DNA of 63,409 nucleotides, counting the filler, from Salisapilia sapeloensis CBS 127946 (taxonomy: Eukaryota; Protista; Oomycota), in the NCBI GenBank assembly GCA_023334545.1. It is 11 parts of 11 records of this genome, joined end to end, with 100 filler letters (N's around TTAATTAATTAA, not from the genome) between each part and the next. Parts side by side here need not be neighbours in the genome. Positions count along the whole stretch, not along the records: positions 1 to 15,888 come from JAADVB010000359.1; 10 more parts are not named here. The stretch is one strand, 5' to 3'. Both the position numbers and the translations under genes were made by a program. This document shows, piece after piece, positions 1 to 11,781 of this stretch. Each line of letters begins with the position of its first letter. Positions within the stretch are counted from its first letter, which is position 1. A model generated the notes under the pieces. The model searched no databases. It was not told the DNA's origin and worked only from the letters and a program-made list of their open reading frames with translations.

Positions 1-1201
1 GAATAATAGGTGGAAAGTCAACGTCGACCTTGTTATCCGTTCTTTGTCCATACCCATTCTCACCGAATGTGTTTGAAGATAGTGCCACTCGCTTTGGCTT
101 TGCAAATGGTAAAAGCACACGTTGGAAAGACCCTTCATGCTTAACATGGAATAAATCCGGTGAAGCATGGTAGAAAAGGACAGGCAAATGGTTTGCTTTA
201 GCGTGGAGGGCGTACGCATTCACACCAAAGAAGCCGATAAAGCACATGTATGTTGGGACCTCTAAGTTATCGAGCACTGCTTGATAATATCCAGGCTCAT
301 ATGTATCATACATGAATTGCACAACCATACATTCACCACCTCTTTCTTCTCGAACTGTGCATGCATAAGTCTTTGCGCAATTGTTCAGGCATCCCAGTGA
401 GCCGTCCGCACAATTAACCTCATCAATAGGATAGAATTCGGTGTTGTTAAATTTGCTCATAGCGAGTGCATCTATCACTTCTTCCTTCGTTTTGTAATCA
501 CGCCAAAAGTCTACGGAGTACGGGCCCGATTTAAATGTGCTTTCATTCAAAGCAAGTTCCACAAACTCGGTGGTAGTGTAAAGGCCCGAACGACCGTAAT
601 AGCCAATGCCACCTAATCGAAGAGCTTCATCGCTATGGATAGAGTACAAGGAACGTATACTAGCGTCCCACACCTCCACATTTATATGCGTCGGTGCACA
701 TGTTCCATCCCCACTTGATGCCATTCGTTCTGCCATAGCATTAGTGTCCCCTGTCCTCAGGATAGATACTTTATATCCAAGAATTTCTTGAGCAATAATC
801 GCATATATCATTGAGACAATGCGGTGCGTATACCACTCTTGAACGTCAACTACTACCGAGCCTATGAAGCTCTCTCGACTGATTATGTTACCCTCAGCAT
901 CTAGCTCTGCTTTAGGACCATAAAAACCGGATGTAGCATCTACGCACTGACTGGTCCAAAGTCCATCCAAAGACTGGCGGTCATCTTTAATCACACGGCG
1001 TTGCTCAGTTGAAGCAGCGCGGAGGAACGGATGCGCAAGTCTGCCATAGCTGTCCCGTTCCTTTGAGTCGACTCCAAGTAAATCTTCCATATCAGCGACC
1101 CACTCGGGCGTCAGACAAGTTCCGAGAAGATGATTTGGTGCATAGAGAGCGCTTGTACAACATAAAACCCAGATACAAGCAAGGAAGATAAGCCGCTTCA
1201 T
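1..1201 (-). CDS. Secreted or membrane receptor-like protein, 5' part: signal peptide plus periplasmic-binding-protein type II (OpuAC/ProX-like) ectodomain; runs off the window edge
   Basis: Manual translation from ATG 1201 gives 400 open codons (MKRLIFLACIWVLCCTSALYAP...QEWYTHRIVSMIYAIIAQEILGYKVSI...GGIGYYGRSGLY...CADGSLGCLNNCAKTYAC...). Absent from the ORF track, presumably because no stop is reached. Hydrophobic N-terminus; the W...I.AQEILGY.V motif resembles betaine-binding proteins. Confidence 0.75.
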   Translation of the reverse strand, partial: MKRLIFLACIWVLCCTSALYAPNHLLGTCLTPEWVADMEDLLGVDSKERDSYGRLAHPFLRAASTEQRRVIKDDRQSLDGLWTSQCVDATSGFYGPKAELDAEGNIISRESFIGSVVVDVQEWYTHRIVSMIYAIIAQEILGYKVSILRTGDTNAMAERMASSGDGTCAPTHINVEVWDASIRSLYSIHSDEALRLGGIGYYGRSGLYTTTEFVELALNESTFKSGPYSVDFWRDYKTKEEVIDALAMSKFNNTEFYPIDEVNCADGSLGCLNNCAKTYACTVREERGGECMVVQFMYDTYEPGYYQAVLDNLEVPTYMCFIGFFGVNAYALHAKANHLPVLFYHASPDLFHVKHEGSFQRVLLPFAKPKRVALSSNTFGENGYGQRTDNKVDVDFPPII

Positions 1202-1697
1202 TCGACCTGTCAAACTGCTGCGTAGTATACCAGTCCGATGGAATTTAGCTCCAAAGCCTCTAATTTAACTTTGAAACTACCAGAGCTGTCTATTCACGGC
1301 TCGAAAAATGTACTTCCTTCATCCGGTGATATCAGCGAATCTCTATTTGAAATGACGCCCGACAATATAAGAGAATGTAACTTTTGCATACAAAATGAAA
1401 TGATGATTTACTAGGTTTTTTCTCAATGGCAAAATTGAAAGAGAGTCTATTAGGGGGGTTCAAAGTTGCCAAATTTTGATAATTTCTTGTTTTTGCTACC
1501 GATATTTTGGTCGTCCGATTATTTTTATCAGCCACCTCCGAGGTAGCTGATGCCAAAATATCAAGCGCGAACCTTTTGAAAACATCACAAAAGAGGTCAC
1601 ATTTTGTAAGCAATGTGGACCACATTTGGTTTCCGTTTCAACGTACCATTCAAGAGTTGCCGTGGATCGTGCGAGCAACGCGGGAGATTTCAACGGG

Positions 1698-3146
1698 ATG
1701 GTACGACGCAAAAGCAAACTGGTGCGCGCACAAGTGACTAAAGATCAAGCTTCAGCAATAGCACAAGGAGAAGTTACTGAAGAAGCAGTAGGCGAAGTCT
1801 CTACCATACCAAAACCAAGTCGTCAAGTTGAAGCAGTCAAACAATAACAAGTGCGAGAGAATGTGACGAAACAAGATGTTGTTATCGGGACCTCAGCGAA
1901 GATCCACCTTACTTCTGATGACTTTTGCATCTTACTTTGCTGGATCGAGAACGAACAAAACTTTGATAAGATCTACGGATCCTTCAAAACTCCCAATGTT
2001 GGTTGAGGTCCAAAGAAGAGAAAGACTGCCACATGCGATGAAACGTCTGACCACTTATATAATAACTCATAGAATAAAGAGTTGTCATGACTCACAGGTC
2101 GACAGATGCAGCAGCGGTTGGAACACCGCGTGAAGAAATTTAAAGACGTATATCTCAGGAGCAGATGTGAGACTGATATCGGTCTTTCAAGAGCTGATGT
2201 GCGTAAGCAGAGATTGATGTCTGAGAAATTTGAGCAAGTATGGCTTCCATTTAACCGTATGGTCGAGTTGTTTAGTACAAAGCCAAATGTGAAACCACCG
2301 TCAACTCTTCAACTCGGTATACCAGAAGGCATTGAAGGGGTTGGCATCGTGCAGCGTTCTAGTACTAGCAAGCCAGTGCACCTTAACTACAATCCAGATG
2401 AACTTTTCATGGCAGGTGACGCAGAAGTTGACGTAATTGACGACGCAAAAGAGGCTGTAGAGAATGCTATGTCGACTACATCCGCTTCTTTTGTCTTCGA
2501 TGCTGACGAAACTGACAGCTCAAATGACGTGGAGATCGGTAAGGATATCTTCAAACTTTTACCGGGTAAAGATGCGGTCGAGCATTCCATTTGGGAAACA
2601 TTGCGTCAAGCAGATAGAATGGTTGGAGAGGACGATAAAGCAGATGACGAGCCGACCGTTGAACAAGTGACTACTCCTATAAGCATTGCGTTTGACACTC
2701 ATAAGCAATCCAAACCACAATGATTTTCCAAGTACAACTCCTATGTTCCACCTCCAGCCAGCAAGAAACGAACGGATGCACGCTCTACCACTAACAGCGA
2801 AAAGAGCATGAAAAAAAGAAGGCTCAAAAGAAAGCTCAAAAGGCAGGAGCTACTCCATCTATCCATGATAATCGAATGTCTCCATCAATTGCATATGCGA
2901 GGAACAGCACAGATCGCATCGAGTTTTTGAAACAGAGACTGGAAGAAGAGAAGCATCAGTAGTATGAAACGCAAAGAAACCGAGAAAAGGAGCTTCGTCG
3001 GAAAGATCAAATCCGAAAAGAGAGGAGTTGGTGCATCAGGAGCGTGTTCAACATGCAAACCAAATGCGAGCAGAGCGTATTCTGGAGGAAGAGAAACTAG
3101 AACGATCGAAATCGAGAAAGCAAGAGTATCCACTGGAGCTTATTAA
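1698..3146 (+). pseudogene. Decayed PIF/Harbinger accessory ORF (ORF1, putative DNA-binding) with KE-rich coiled-coil tail
   Basis: Fragments LLCWIENEQNFDKIYGS, MQQRLEHRVKKFK, ETDIGLS, FNRMVELFSTKPNVKP resemble the ORF that accompanies Harbinger transposases in fungi and oomycetes. Several stops and frameshifts. Convergent with the DDE gene. Confidence 0.6.
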
Positions 3147-3266
3147 AATGTGAAAATCTCCAGCTGAGACTAAGGCTTTCATGGATCTCTACGAAGCGTG
3201 AAGAAATGAAAAGTTTAGGTCGATTAGTCAAGTGGAAATGAAAGGTACCTGATTTCGTTTAAAGTC

Positions 3267-3954
3267 TCAGTTATTTAAATTTTGATTGTACCAGAGAATC
3301 TCCCCTTCTTGTGGTCCATATCTAAGCGCATATGGCTTCAAACTACGGCGAAACTCATATCCGTCATTGCCTTCGTCATCATCATCTTCCATGCTAAAAT
3401 TGTTCTTATCAGAATCATTGCTACTTTCACTTTCACCAGTTCGATCAGCATCCGACCATTCGTCTTGATGTTCAATCACCATGTTATGTAGTATCACGCA
3501 AACAGTGATCCACGTGAGCACTCGTGGCATATCACTGTTATCATTTAACTGGATATGAGGTCCGCGCAGAGAGCACCATCGACTCTTCAAGACTCCGATC
3601 GTATACTCGTTGACTACAAGAACATGAGCTACGCATGTGCTGAAGTCTGCGATGTCTGTTCTACTGGAGTTGGACTTGTAAGCTGGAGCAATCGTACTGA
3701 ATTCATGGTTGGCAGGGTAAGCGGGGTCAGCAAGTAAGTACTGACCTTCATCAAATAGCATTCTCTTGTATTCATCCCTAGCTATAACCATCTATCGGTA
3801 CACCGTACTGTCAGCACCCGAACCAGTGCACCCGCTATAAAACAAGATGATGCGTCTTTAATCATCGCATACAACTTGTGCGTTCAAACTGTATCGTTAT
3901 TTCTGTCAAAAATGCAGCAGCCATCTTTGCTAGGTTTCTGCTAGAGCGGGGTGG
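3267..3954 (-). pseudogene. PIF/Harbinger (DDE_Tnp_4, HARBI1-like) transposase remnant
   Basis: Motifs QKPSKDG..FDR, RYSLNAQVVCDD*RRIILFYSGCTGSGADSTVY, QYLLADPAYP, VVNEYTIGVLKSRWCSL, CVILHNM. In-frame stops; 5' part cut off by the LTR at 3955. Confidence 0.85.
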
Positions 3955-4193
3955 TGTAACAGACGCTCCGTCCGTTACTGCAGTTAGCGACTTTGTCTTT
4001 CTTTTGTTCTTTCTTTGGTACAGATGATTAGATGGCCTGCCTATTCCTCCATAGCATATGGGGGGTACATTCAGGAAAAAGATGTGCAAGGTAGGACAGG
4101 GTCTAAAGGTATCAAATAAAGTTCACTTCTAGTTTTATCAAGCTTCCCTATCGCACATGTAAGTCACTCACGGGTAGCAAGAGTCCCATGACA
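3955..4193 (+). mobile_element. Solo (probably recombinant) LTR, same family as 5503-5746, opposite orientation, no target-site duplication
   Basis: TGTAAC...ATGACA, 239 bp; shares blocks such as ttctagttttatcaagctt and gggtagcaagagtccc with the reverse complement of the Gypsy LTRs. Flanks GGTGG and TAAGC differ. Confidence 0.85.
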
Positions 4194-4199
4194 TAAGCC

Positions 4200-5300
4200 C
4201 AGTCGGCAATGGTAATTGGATGGTCTCAGTCTGCACGAGTGTCGGCAACTTTGTGAGCACAGCACCTCACATGCGCAGCAAATCGCGCGATGATATATTA
4301 GGGCGTAGTCCTCGACTGAGCTGAATAATTTGTATGTGGTTATTGTGATAACTGAGAAGAAGCCGCCAGATTTGTTGTACCAAAACACCGCATGAATGGC
4401 CATCAAACGGCTAGTAGCCTTTGAATATATGCACGACAGAGGAAAATTCTGGCGAAATTTTAGGTAGGATAGCTTCGTTGGCAAACGCTTCGAAGAATTT
4501 ATAATTGCTTGAAATGCGAAGTGGGTAATAAAAGGCAATTACTTCGCGACCAATGTTCACGACAGCAACACACCAGTGCTTAGAGGGGCCTGTCACGTGT
4601 ATAGGACATAATGCGACAGTGTAGTCAGTAGCAGTAGACAAAACATATTTCGGTCTATCGAGAAGTTTGGCCCGAGCATCGCTACGTAGTTGGATGATAA
4701 GTGAGTCTACAACATGTGCTCGACCGAAAACAATCACGCAGCTTGCCTTGGCAACCGTGTAAATAGAAGTGTCACTTAGCCACTTATCCCGTGTGAAGTT
4801 GTTTAGAGTAGAAATGTTCATAGAACAATAGTCAACGCTATAATTGTTGATCATATCCATAATTTAAATAAGCCAAGTATATCTTGTCCATGCTTTCCAG
4901 GTTTTTGTCGTTCTACTCCAGCATTCATATCACACTCTTCGATCCAACGTAGAAGTGACTTCCTTTTGCCAACAGCTTCTACGAGGAGATGATAGAGATT
5001 CATCCATCATAAAGTCGTGTACTCATAGTGACTAGCACTGACAATTTCAACGGCAGCTTGATCGTAGTCAGGAAGTTCATCCAAACTATCGGGCTCGGTG
5101 TTTTGCCTAAAATTTTACACACACTTTAAGCACCGAGAAATTAATTGACGTGGAAACACGTATTAAATACTGGTTGGATCCATCACTGTAAGGCCGATGG
5201 CTATACTGTGACACTTTGGCCGTTTAAGTCTCAGCTTCTGACTTGTCATGGCGGCAAATACTAGATCGTTTACAATCGGATTCTTATACACAATTCAAAG
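4200..5300 (-). pseudogene. Ulp1-like (C48) cysteine protease remnant, probably from a Mutator-like transposon
   Basis: WLSDTSI...VALCPIHVTGPSKHWCVAVVNI contains the Ulp1 catalytic H-W motif; frameshifted and degenerate; transposon context. Confidence 0.55.
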
Positions 5301-5502
5301 TGACTTCAGAAGCTCTAGGCTTGTGCTTAAGGAAAATTTAATTTTTTTGTGTACTCGTGCAGGTCATGACGTGTGTAAGCTTGACTGTCTTCTAAGTTTG
5401 TTATAAGTCGCTTGGTGTCGAGGTCAGAGTGCCGCTTTTTGGATGCAGCTGCTAATTTGCGTATTCGAGGCTTTCCATTCGGGCGACTTGCCATATTAAG
5501 GT

Positions 5503-5746
5503 TGTCACGGGACTCTTGCTACCCGTGAAGGCTTACACGTGCGATAGGAGAAGCTTGATAAAACTAGAAGTGAGATTTATATGATACTTAGACTCTTCCT
5601 ACTTACACATCCTTTCTGACTACAAGTACTACGTATTTCTTGTATCAAACGATTAATAGGTCATCTAAGCATGTACCAAAACAAAAGACAGTAACAAAAG
5701 AAAAGAAAGCGACCTAGCCTAAAGTAACGATTATGTACCCGTTACA
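5503..5746 (-). repeat. 3' LTR of the Gypsy element (244 bp)
   Basis: TGTCACGGG...CCCGTTACA; roughly four-fifths identical by eye to 13579-13820. Confidence 0.93.
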
Positions 5747-5759
5747 CCATCCCTTTCTC
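5747..5759 (-). promoter_or_regulatory. Polypurine tract
   Basis: GAGAAAGGGATGG immediately precedes TGTAAC of the 3' LTR on the minus strand. Confidence 0.8.
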
Positions 5760-6020
5760 AAGTGCAAAACACACGAAATTTGCACCTCTGTCAAACATCC
5801 GGGGCAAGGCTTGCGCGAGCCGCGTTGCTTTCAGTCACGCTTCTGAGATAACTTGGATCCCTTCCGGCTCTTCTCCAATTCTCTGGTTCCGACTTGATCG
5901 GACGCTTGTCATTATTCTCTCGCTCTGCGACTCCTCACTCGGAAATTCGCTCTCAACCTCGAAAGGCGTTCCACAAGACTCTTGGCCTCGCTCATCACCA
6001 CGCTTCCTATTTGATCGCAG

Positions 6021-7798
6021 ATGGCCGTCCATGCGACCAACACCTCGGACAATGTGAATGAGGCGTCCGACAATACGGGCGCGGGTAACAACGTCGACGA
6101 CCAGTCCGCTGACATTGTTCGTACCAGTGCATCGGCCGAGGTACCCGAAGAAGTATGGAGGTGGCGCTTAACAATACCGAGGTTGCCAATGTACCAGCGT
6201 CGTCGGCAACCGAGCAATCGGCTGCGGAGGCCCCTACAACGACGTCGTGGCCTTCGACTCAATCATTACAAGCCACGACTTCAGCACAAGCACCCAGTGA
6301 GACGTCACAGGCGACCGGTTATCGCGAGGACCGGTCGCGAATGACTTGTACCCGCGGTAGTCTTCAACCACTGGAGCTATATGACGTTGGGAACATTCAG
6401 TTGAAGCATTCACTCGACGAATTGAAGGATCTCTTTCGTCGATATCGCGAGAGCAAGAATAAGTCCATGAACACGCGATACGACGCACTCGGTGCGTCGT
6501 GGAATAACTTCATGAAGCGGTATGATCACGACCCTGATATCGAGACGTTTATCTGACATCGCGAGAGTTTCAATGAGCGCTTCTCGTTGAGCTCTTTCCG
6601 TGGGCAAGTACACGCTGAGTGTGAGCGCGATCGGCGGCCGTGTTTTTCGGCCGCAATGGGAGAGTGTTGAGTTTGTGAGTATGGCAATCGTCGATATACG
6701 ATTGAGGAATGGGATGAAGATCTGAGAAGATATCCAATGTCATCGCAGATAAGTGACTTAGTGCTGCGACTCCGACGCGCACTTAGAGAGTCGGGTCAGG
6801 GGCGTCCGGTTCGCCGGACGCGGCGAGGAGCGACTCATAGTCCGCCACGACGTGGGGAACATCCTCCATCATCTGGTCGCGAGGCTCCCATGTATCAGAG
6901 CCAGCCGAATAACCGAGCCAGCGGACGCGATAGAACCGATCGCTTGGAATACTGGGATCCGAGTCATGTTGAGCGCCGCTATGACCGGTGCGATCGTCAA
7001 TACGACGACTACGACCACTCTTTCGGGTCGTATCACTCTTCTGGATATCACGCGGATTATCGCAATGATCGACGACACGATCAACGATACACCGCTTATG
7101 GCCCAAGGCATCAATCAGAGCGGGAGCACCGTCCCGCTCGTAGCGACCCGTACGATCTGCGTCGCAAGCGTAATTACTCTCCGGCGTCGAGCTCCTCAAG
7201 TCAATGTAGCCATCGTTATCACCCTTATTACGATGCTCGTACCCAGTCTCGTGAAGTGCGGGACTCACCTCCGAGGTCCCTTCCGCCGTCAACGCGCGAG
7301 TACGCGGCGGCTTTGCCACCTGATCCTGCGCCTGCTCGGCAGAACCTTGTGGCCTCGCATGTGAACTCTCGTCCACCGTTGGCGAGTCCTGCGCCGGTTC
7401 AGTCACCGGCGCCCTCGAATCCGCAACCGACGGGTCCCTCGGTCGCAAACGCCCCTTCCATGGAGCATTCTCGTTAACATGATGTGAGACGCCCGGCAGA
7501 TCAGCCGGAGGTTGGTGAAGGGCAGACGGAGGACGATGTACCGTTTGTGCGGGGGACGCGGCTGAGTTGGTTCGTTGAGACTGACGACCGGAGTGTTCGG
7601 GACGAAGGCAATATCGGACCTCTCCGGTTTGCTGTGGGGGTGATGCAGGAGTCGTATCAGGTGATGGGTCACGACCGTCGCATGATCCGGAACGAAATTG
7701 CGCAGACAAACCAGAGCCTTCGACAAAATCGTGACGCTCTTCGGGCGGCTGGTATCGACGTGCCCGAGAAGAATGCGAACAATCCGCCAAAGAAGTAG
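6021..7798 (+). pseudogene. Extra antisense ORF of the Gypsy element (about 590 codons, unknown function)
   Basis: ORFs 6155-6556, 6737-7477 and 7484-7798 share one frame and are separated by three stops; 6021 joins via one frameshift. Contains HAECERDRRPCFSAAMGEC*VC and a C-terminal coiled-coil-like segment. Confidence 0.6.
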
Positions 7799-8171
7799 GC
7801 GATAGCGAGGGATGATATCGCTTCAGACACCCGACGTTCTACGTCGGGTGTAAGCGTATACGCTTAGGTAAATCCAAAGTATACGCAACCCCTTGCTTTG
7901 ACTTGACTCTAAACGACCAAATGAATCGGGCAGTCATCTTGGACTCTGCTTACCCGAGTAGATCTTGTGGCAGTTCGGCTATCGACAACAGAAATTTATC
8001 CCCAGGCCGAAAGGTCTCATGGTTGTGGTGGCCTGATCGATCAGATTGTTGCTTCTGTCTGTCAACTGCGTCTGCAATTGCGTCTCGCACGTCTCGTAGT
8101 ATCGATTGCCGCTGCTCTAAGACTATGTCAGCGGCCAACTCGGCTCTAGTCAGATCGACTTCTTCTGCCAC
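6783..8171 (-). pseudogene. Integrase C-terminus, long linker and chromodomain
   Basis: VRDAIADAVDRQKQQSD...FRPGDKFLLS, YTLDLPKRIRLHPT*NVGCLKRY, then in frame to RFYRVRWLGYSAGSDTWEPRDQMMEDVPHVVADYE (chromodomain). Confidence 0.85.
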
Positions 8172-8495
8172 GGGCTCTGTCCCGTGGGTTGCAATGATAT
8201 TTGATGATTCATTGCACTCTCGTCGCTGGTCCTCATTGACCGGCGTGGTGCTCGACTGCTCTTACTTGGGCACCGCACGATTTGGTGGCTTTGGCGCAAT
8301 GGCTTTGCTCTCTTGACGTTGGTCCTCAGTGACCAACGTGTCGCTCAAATGCTGTCGACTTGACACCGCACGGTTCGGTGTTCCTAGCACAACATATTGG
8401 AACGATCTCTTTGATTGCACAGCACCAGAGTATGCTGTCGTCCAAGCTGAAGCGAGTGTTGCTTGTACAGGCCTATCCTGCGAGTCGACTACATT

Positions 8496-10082
8496 TTATT
8501 CGCACGACGCTCTCGGTAGCGTCGGTTTGTCATCTCTTGTCAAGTCAATATCGTCATACCGTGAGTCCTGTTCTCGCGTCGGTCTCGTTACCGACGCTGT
8601 AAGGCGGTTATTGTGTTGACTCGACGACGACATCGAGGCGTTCGATGTCTCTCCCCCTCCAGACGAAGCACTGGGTGCGCTCGGCACAACACCGAACGCC
8701 GCAGGCGTCCGTGAGTGACGGGCGTAGTTGACGTAAAACGGGGTGACTCCCGTTGAGGAATGGACAACATTATTCAATGCGAACTCAGCCATGGGTAACA
8801 TGTCACTCCATGACATGTAGCTCGCTGCGTAGCTGCGCAGAATACCTCCGAGAGTGCGGTTCACCCGCTCTGTTTGCCCATCCGTCTCGGGGTGTGCGGA
8901 CGTTGACATGTCCAGTTTGGTTCCTACGCGCTGGAATATCCGGCGCCAGAAGGACACGGTAAATCGTGGGTCTCTGTCTGACACGATGCTCTCAGGCATG
9001 CTGTGAAGTCGAAACACAGTATCCAGGAAAATGCCAGCGGACTCTTCCGCTGAGACCGTTTGCTTTACAGGAGCAAGGTGAACCATCTTGCTGAGATGGT
9101 CGACGAAGACGAGAATGTCCGTGCGACCGGCCTTATCCGGTGGTAAGCCGAAGATGGAGTCCATACTGACCGACTTCCATGCGTCCGATGGTATCGGAAG
9201 CGACTGCAGTGGCGCCCGGGAAGCGGGCGCAGACTTGGCCCTTTGACATGTCTCGCAGGAGCGTACCCATTTACGAACCCACTTGTACATATGAGGCCAA
9301 TAATAGTCACGTGCCAATGCATTGAACGTCTTCTCGCGTCCAGCGTGTGCCCCGCTGGGCGCATCGTGATACTCGTGTAGGATACGTGCGCGTAAATCAG
9401 CGTCGTTCGGCACAACGACGCGTGGCGTATCCATGTCATTGATCGCATAGTACAACAAGCCACGCTGGAGTGAATAGCGATGTAAGCGTGCGCGTGTGCG
9501 CGCCGACAACTTCTTTTCGGCGCTAGTATCGAGTGTACTCAGATACTCGATGAGTTCGCGACAAAAGGCATCGTTTGTATATGCCACCTTGATGACGTCT
9601 GTGAACGACAGGCGCGGGACCAATTCGGTTGCCCGAAGTTCCTCGGTCTTACACTTTAAACAAGGAACGTTCTCGTACGTTTCATCTTCGCTTGGATCAT
9701 AGTCTGGGCGCCGACTCAACGCGTCGGCGATGACATTCATTTTCCCATGCTTGTAGAAGACGACGAAGTTGAACTGCGAGAAGAACGAAAGCCACCGTGC
9801 CATACGGTCGCTGAGGTGTGGCGTTTTCGTGGCCGTTCTCAAGGACGCATGGTCCGTGTATATCACAAAGCGTTCTTCTCCCAGGTGATAAACGCGGAAC
9901 TTCGTCAAGGCATACTTCATCGCGAGAAGTTCCTTGTCATGCACAGGATAACGCAACTCAGCTGACTTGAGGTGCCCCGATTGATAGCTAACTACGCGCT
10001 CATGTCCATCATCATCTACTTGCATCGCACACGACGTGGAAAGCCCTTCCATAGCCCGGAATTTTAACACTGGAGCTTCCAT
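8496..10082 (-). pseudogene. Gypsy pol: RNase H and integrase
   Basis: YPVHDKELLAMKYAL, YTDHASL, NVIADALSRRPDY (RNase H); EYHDAPSGAHAG...CETC (HHCC); WKSVSMD, IVSDRDPRFT, HPETDGQTER (DDE). Separated from RT by one in-frame TGA. Confidence 0.95.
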
Positions 10083-10085
10083 CAG

Positions 10086-11363
10086 TCATTTCTTGATCGC
10101 TTCGAAGGCCTTCTGTTCTTGAACACCCCATTTCCATTCGACATCCTTCTTTAGCAGCCGCGATAGCGGCTGCACCAACCCAGCATAATCCTTAGCGCAC
10201 TTACGCAAATAGTTCGCAAAGCCCATCCACTGCCGGAGTTGTTTGGGTGTCTTAGGTACTGGCCAGTCGCAAATGGCCTCAACCTTCTCGGGGTCTGGTC
10301 GGCATCCATTTTTGCCGACGTAGCATTCGAGAACAGGAATCTCGTCAACGCAGAACAAGCATTTCTTCAGGCGGGCGTAGAGCTTGTTCTCTCGCATCGC
10401 GGTGAAAACCTTCCTCAGGTGACCGAGGTGCACGTCCAACTCAGTTTGGGCGTCAGAAGCCTTGCTATGGACAAAGATATCATCGAAGTAGCAAGGCGCG
10501 ACGTCTCGATGTGGTCGAAGTACTTGCGACACGACTCGATTGAACGTCGCCGGCGCGTTCTTGAGGCCCATGGGCATTACGAGCCATTCCCATAACATCC
10601 CGATTGGAGTGCTCACCGTGGTGAGCGGGATGTCCTCCTCCCGCATTAAGATCTGATAAAACCCATCCATCAGATCGATAGTACTGAATATGGTACTACC
10701 AGACATGGTATCCAAAATCATGTCTTTGCGGGGAATCGGCGTTTGCGCCGGAACTGTGGCATCGTTCAATTTGTTGTATGTATGCACGATGCGCCACCCA
10801 TCAGTGGCTTTCTTCACACAAAACGTCCGAGTGGAATGCGGGGAGGTGTTCTCGCGTACTTTCCCTGCTTTCCGACGTGCCTCAAAGAACTCGTCAAAGA
10901 ACTTTACTTGTTCACATGGCAATGGCCACTGACGAGTCACACAACACTTCGTGCCGGGCACGAGATCGATCTCATGCCGAATGCCCCGGTCAGGAGATAG
11001 TTGTTCCGGCACCGTTTCGGGGAAAATATCCCGAAACTCCCAAGCGAGGTCATACACAGGATTACCACTCGCTTTCAAAGCGTCCCAGGACTGGGACGCG
11101 AACCGCTCCTCCTTGGCGGTTTTCACATTGACGCTCGTGCCTTCACGAGCGTGCACCTTCTCATCGGCTTTCGTGGTCACTACGGAAACTTGCTCAACTT
11201 GCCCAGTTCGTAGTGCATCCATAAAGCCATCCCAACTCAGTAGTTTCAACTGAGTAATATTTTCTCCGTCGCACGGCGGATTCTCAAGCCGTGCTACTCC
11301 ATGTCTCGGCCCTTCTGCCGAGAGACTCAATACTGCAACCTCACTCGTTACAGACGCAGACAC
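10086..11363 (-). pseudogene. Gypsy pol: reverse transcriptase
   Basis: IRHEIDLVPG, WRIVHTYNKLN, IDLMDGFYQILM, MPMGLKNAPATFNR, YFDDIFVHS, KLYARLKKC. Confidence 0.95.
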
Positions 11364-11781
11364 TTTCTGCGGTTTTACCTTGCGACCAGATTTGCGAGCG
11401 GACCCTTTCCGCTTGCTGTCGTCTTACTCGTACGCGTCGGTTTCTCCGACGCGACCTCCGCTGAGGATTTAACACTTGCATCGCCCTCAGTGGCGATACT
11501 TCTCAATGACGTCTGTTTTTCAGACGCGGCCACATCGTCTAGTCCTTCATACGCTGATAAAGCTGCAAAACGATTCGGGGAACGCAAGGATCCACCCTTG
11601 CGTGTTTTTGTGGGCCGCGACTGGCTTCTAGACGTCCGACGCCCGGACGTAGACTTGGCGGATTGCCATTCGGTGTGTGCAGGTCCATCGCTCTCTGGAG
11701 AGGCATCGAATGGGGGTGCGTGATAGGAAGGGTCGACAACGGACACGCCAGTCCGTTGGAAGAGAGTGCAATATGGAGCAC

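Noticed and set aside
3940-3954. G-rich GAGCGGGGTGG before the LTR at 3955 as a polypurine tract
   Set aside because: It translates as part of the Harbinger transposase (PL*QKP) on the other strand, so it is insertion-site sequence.
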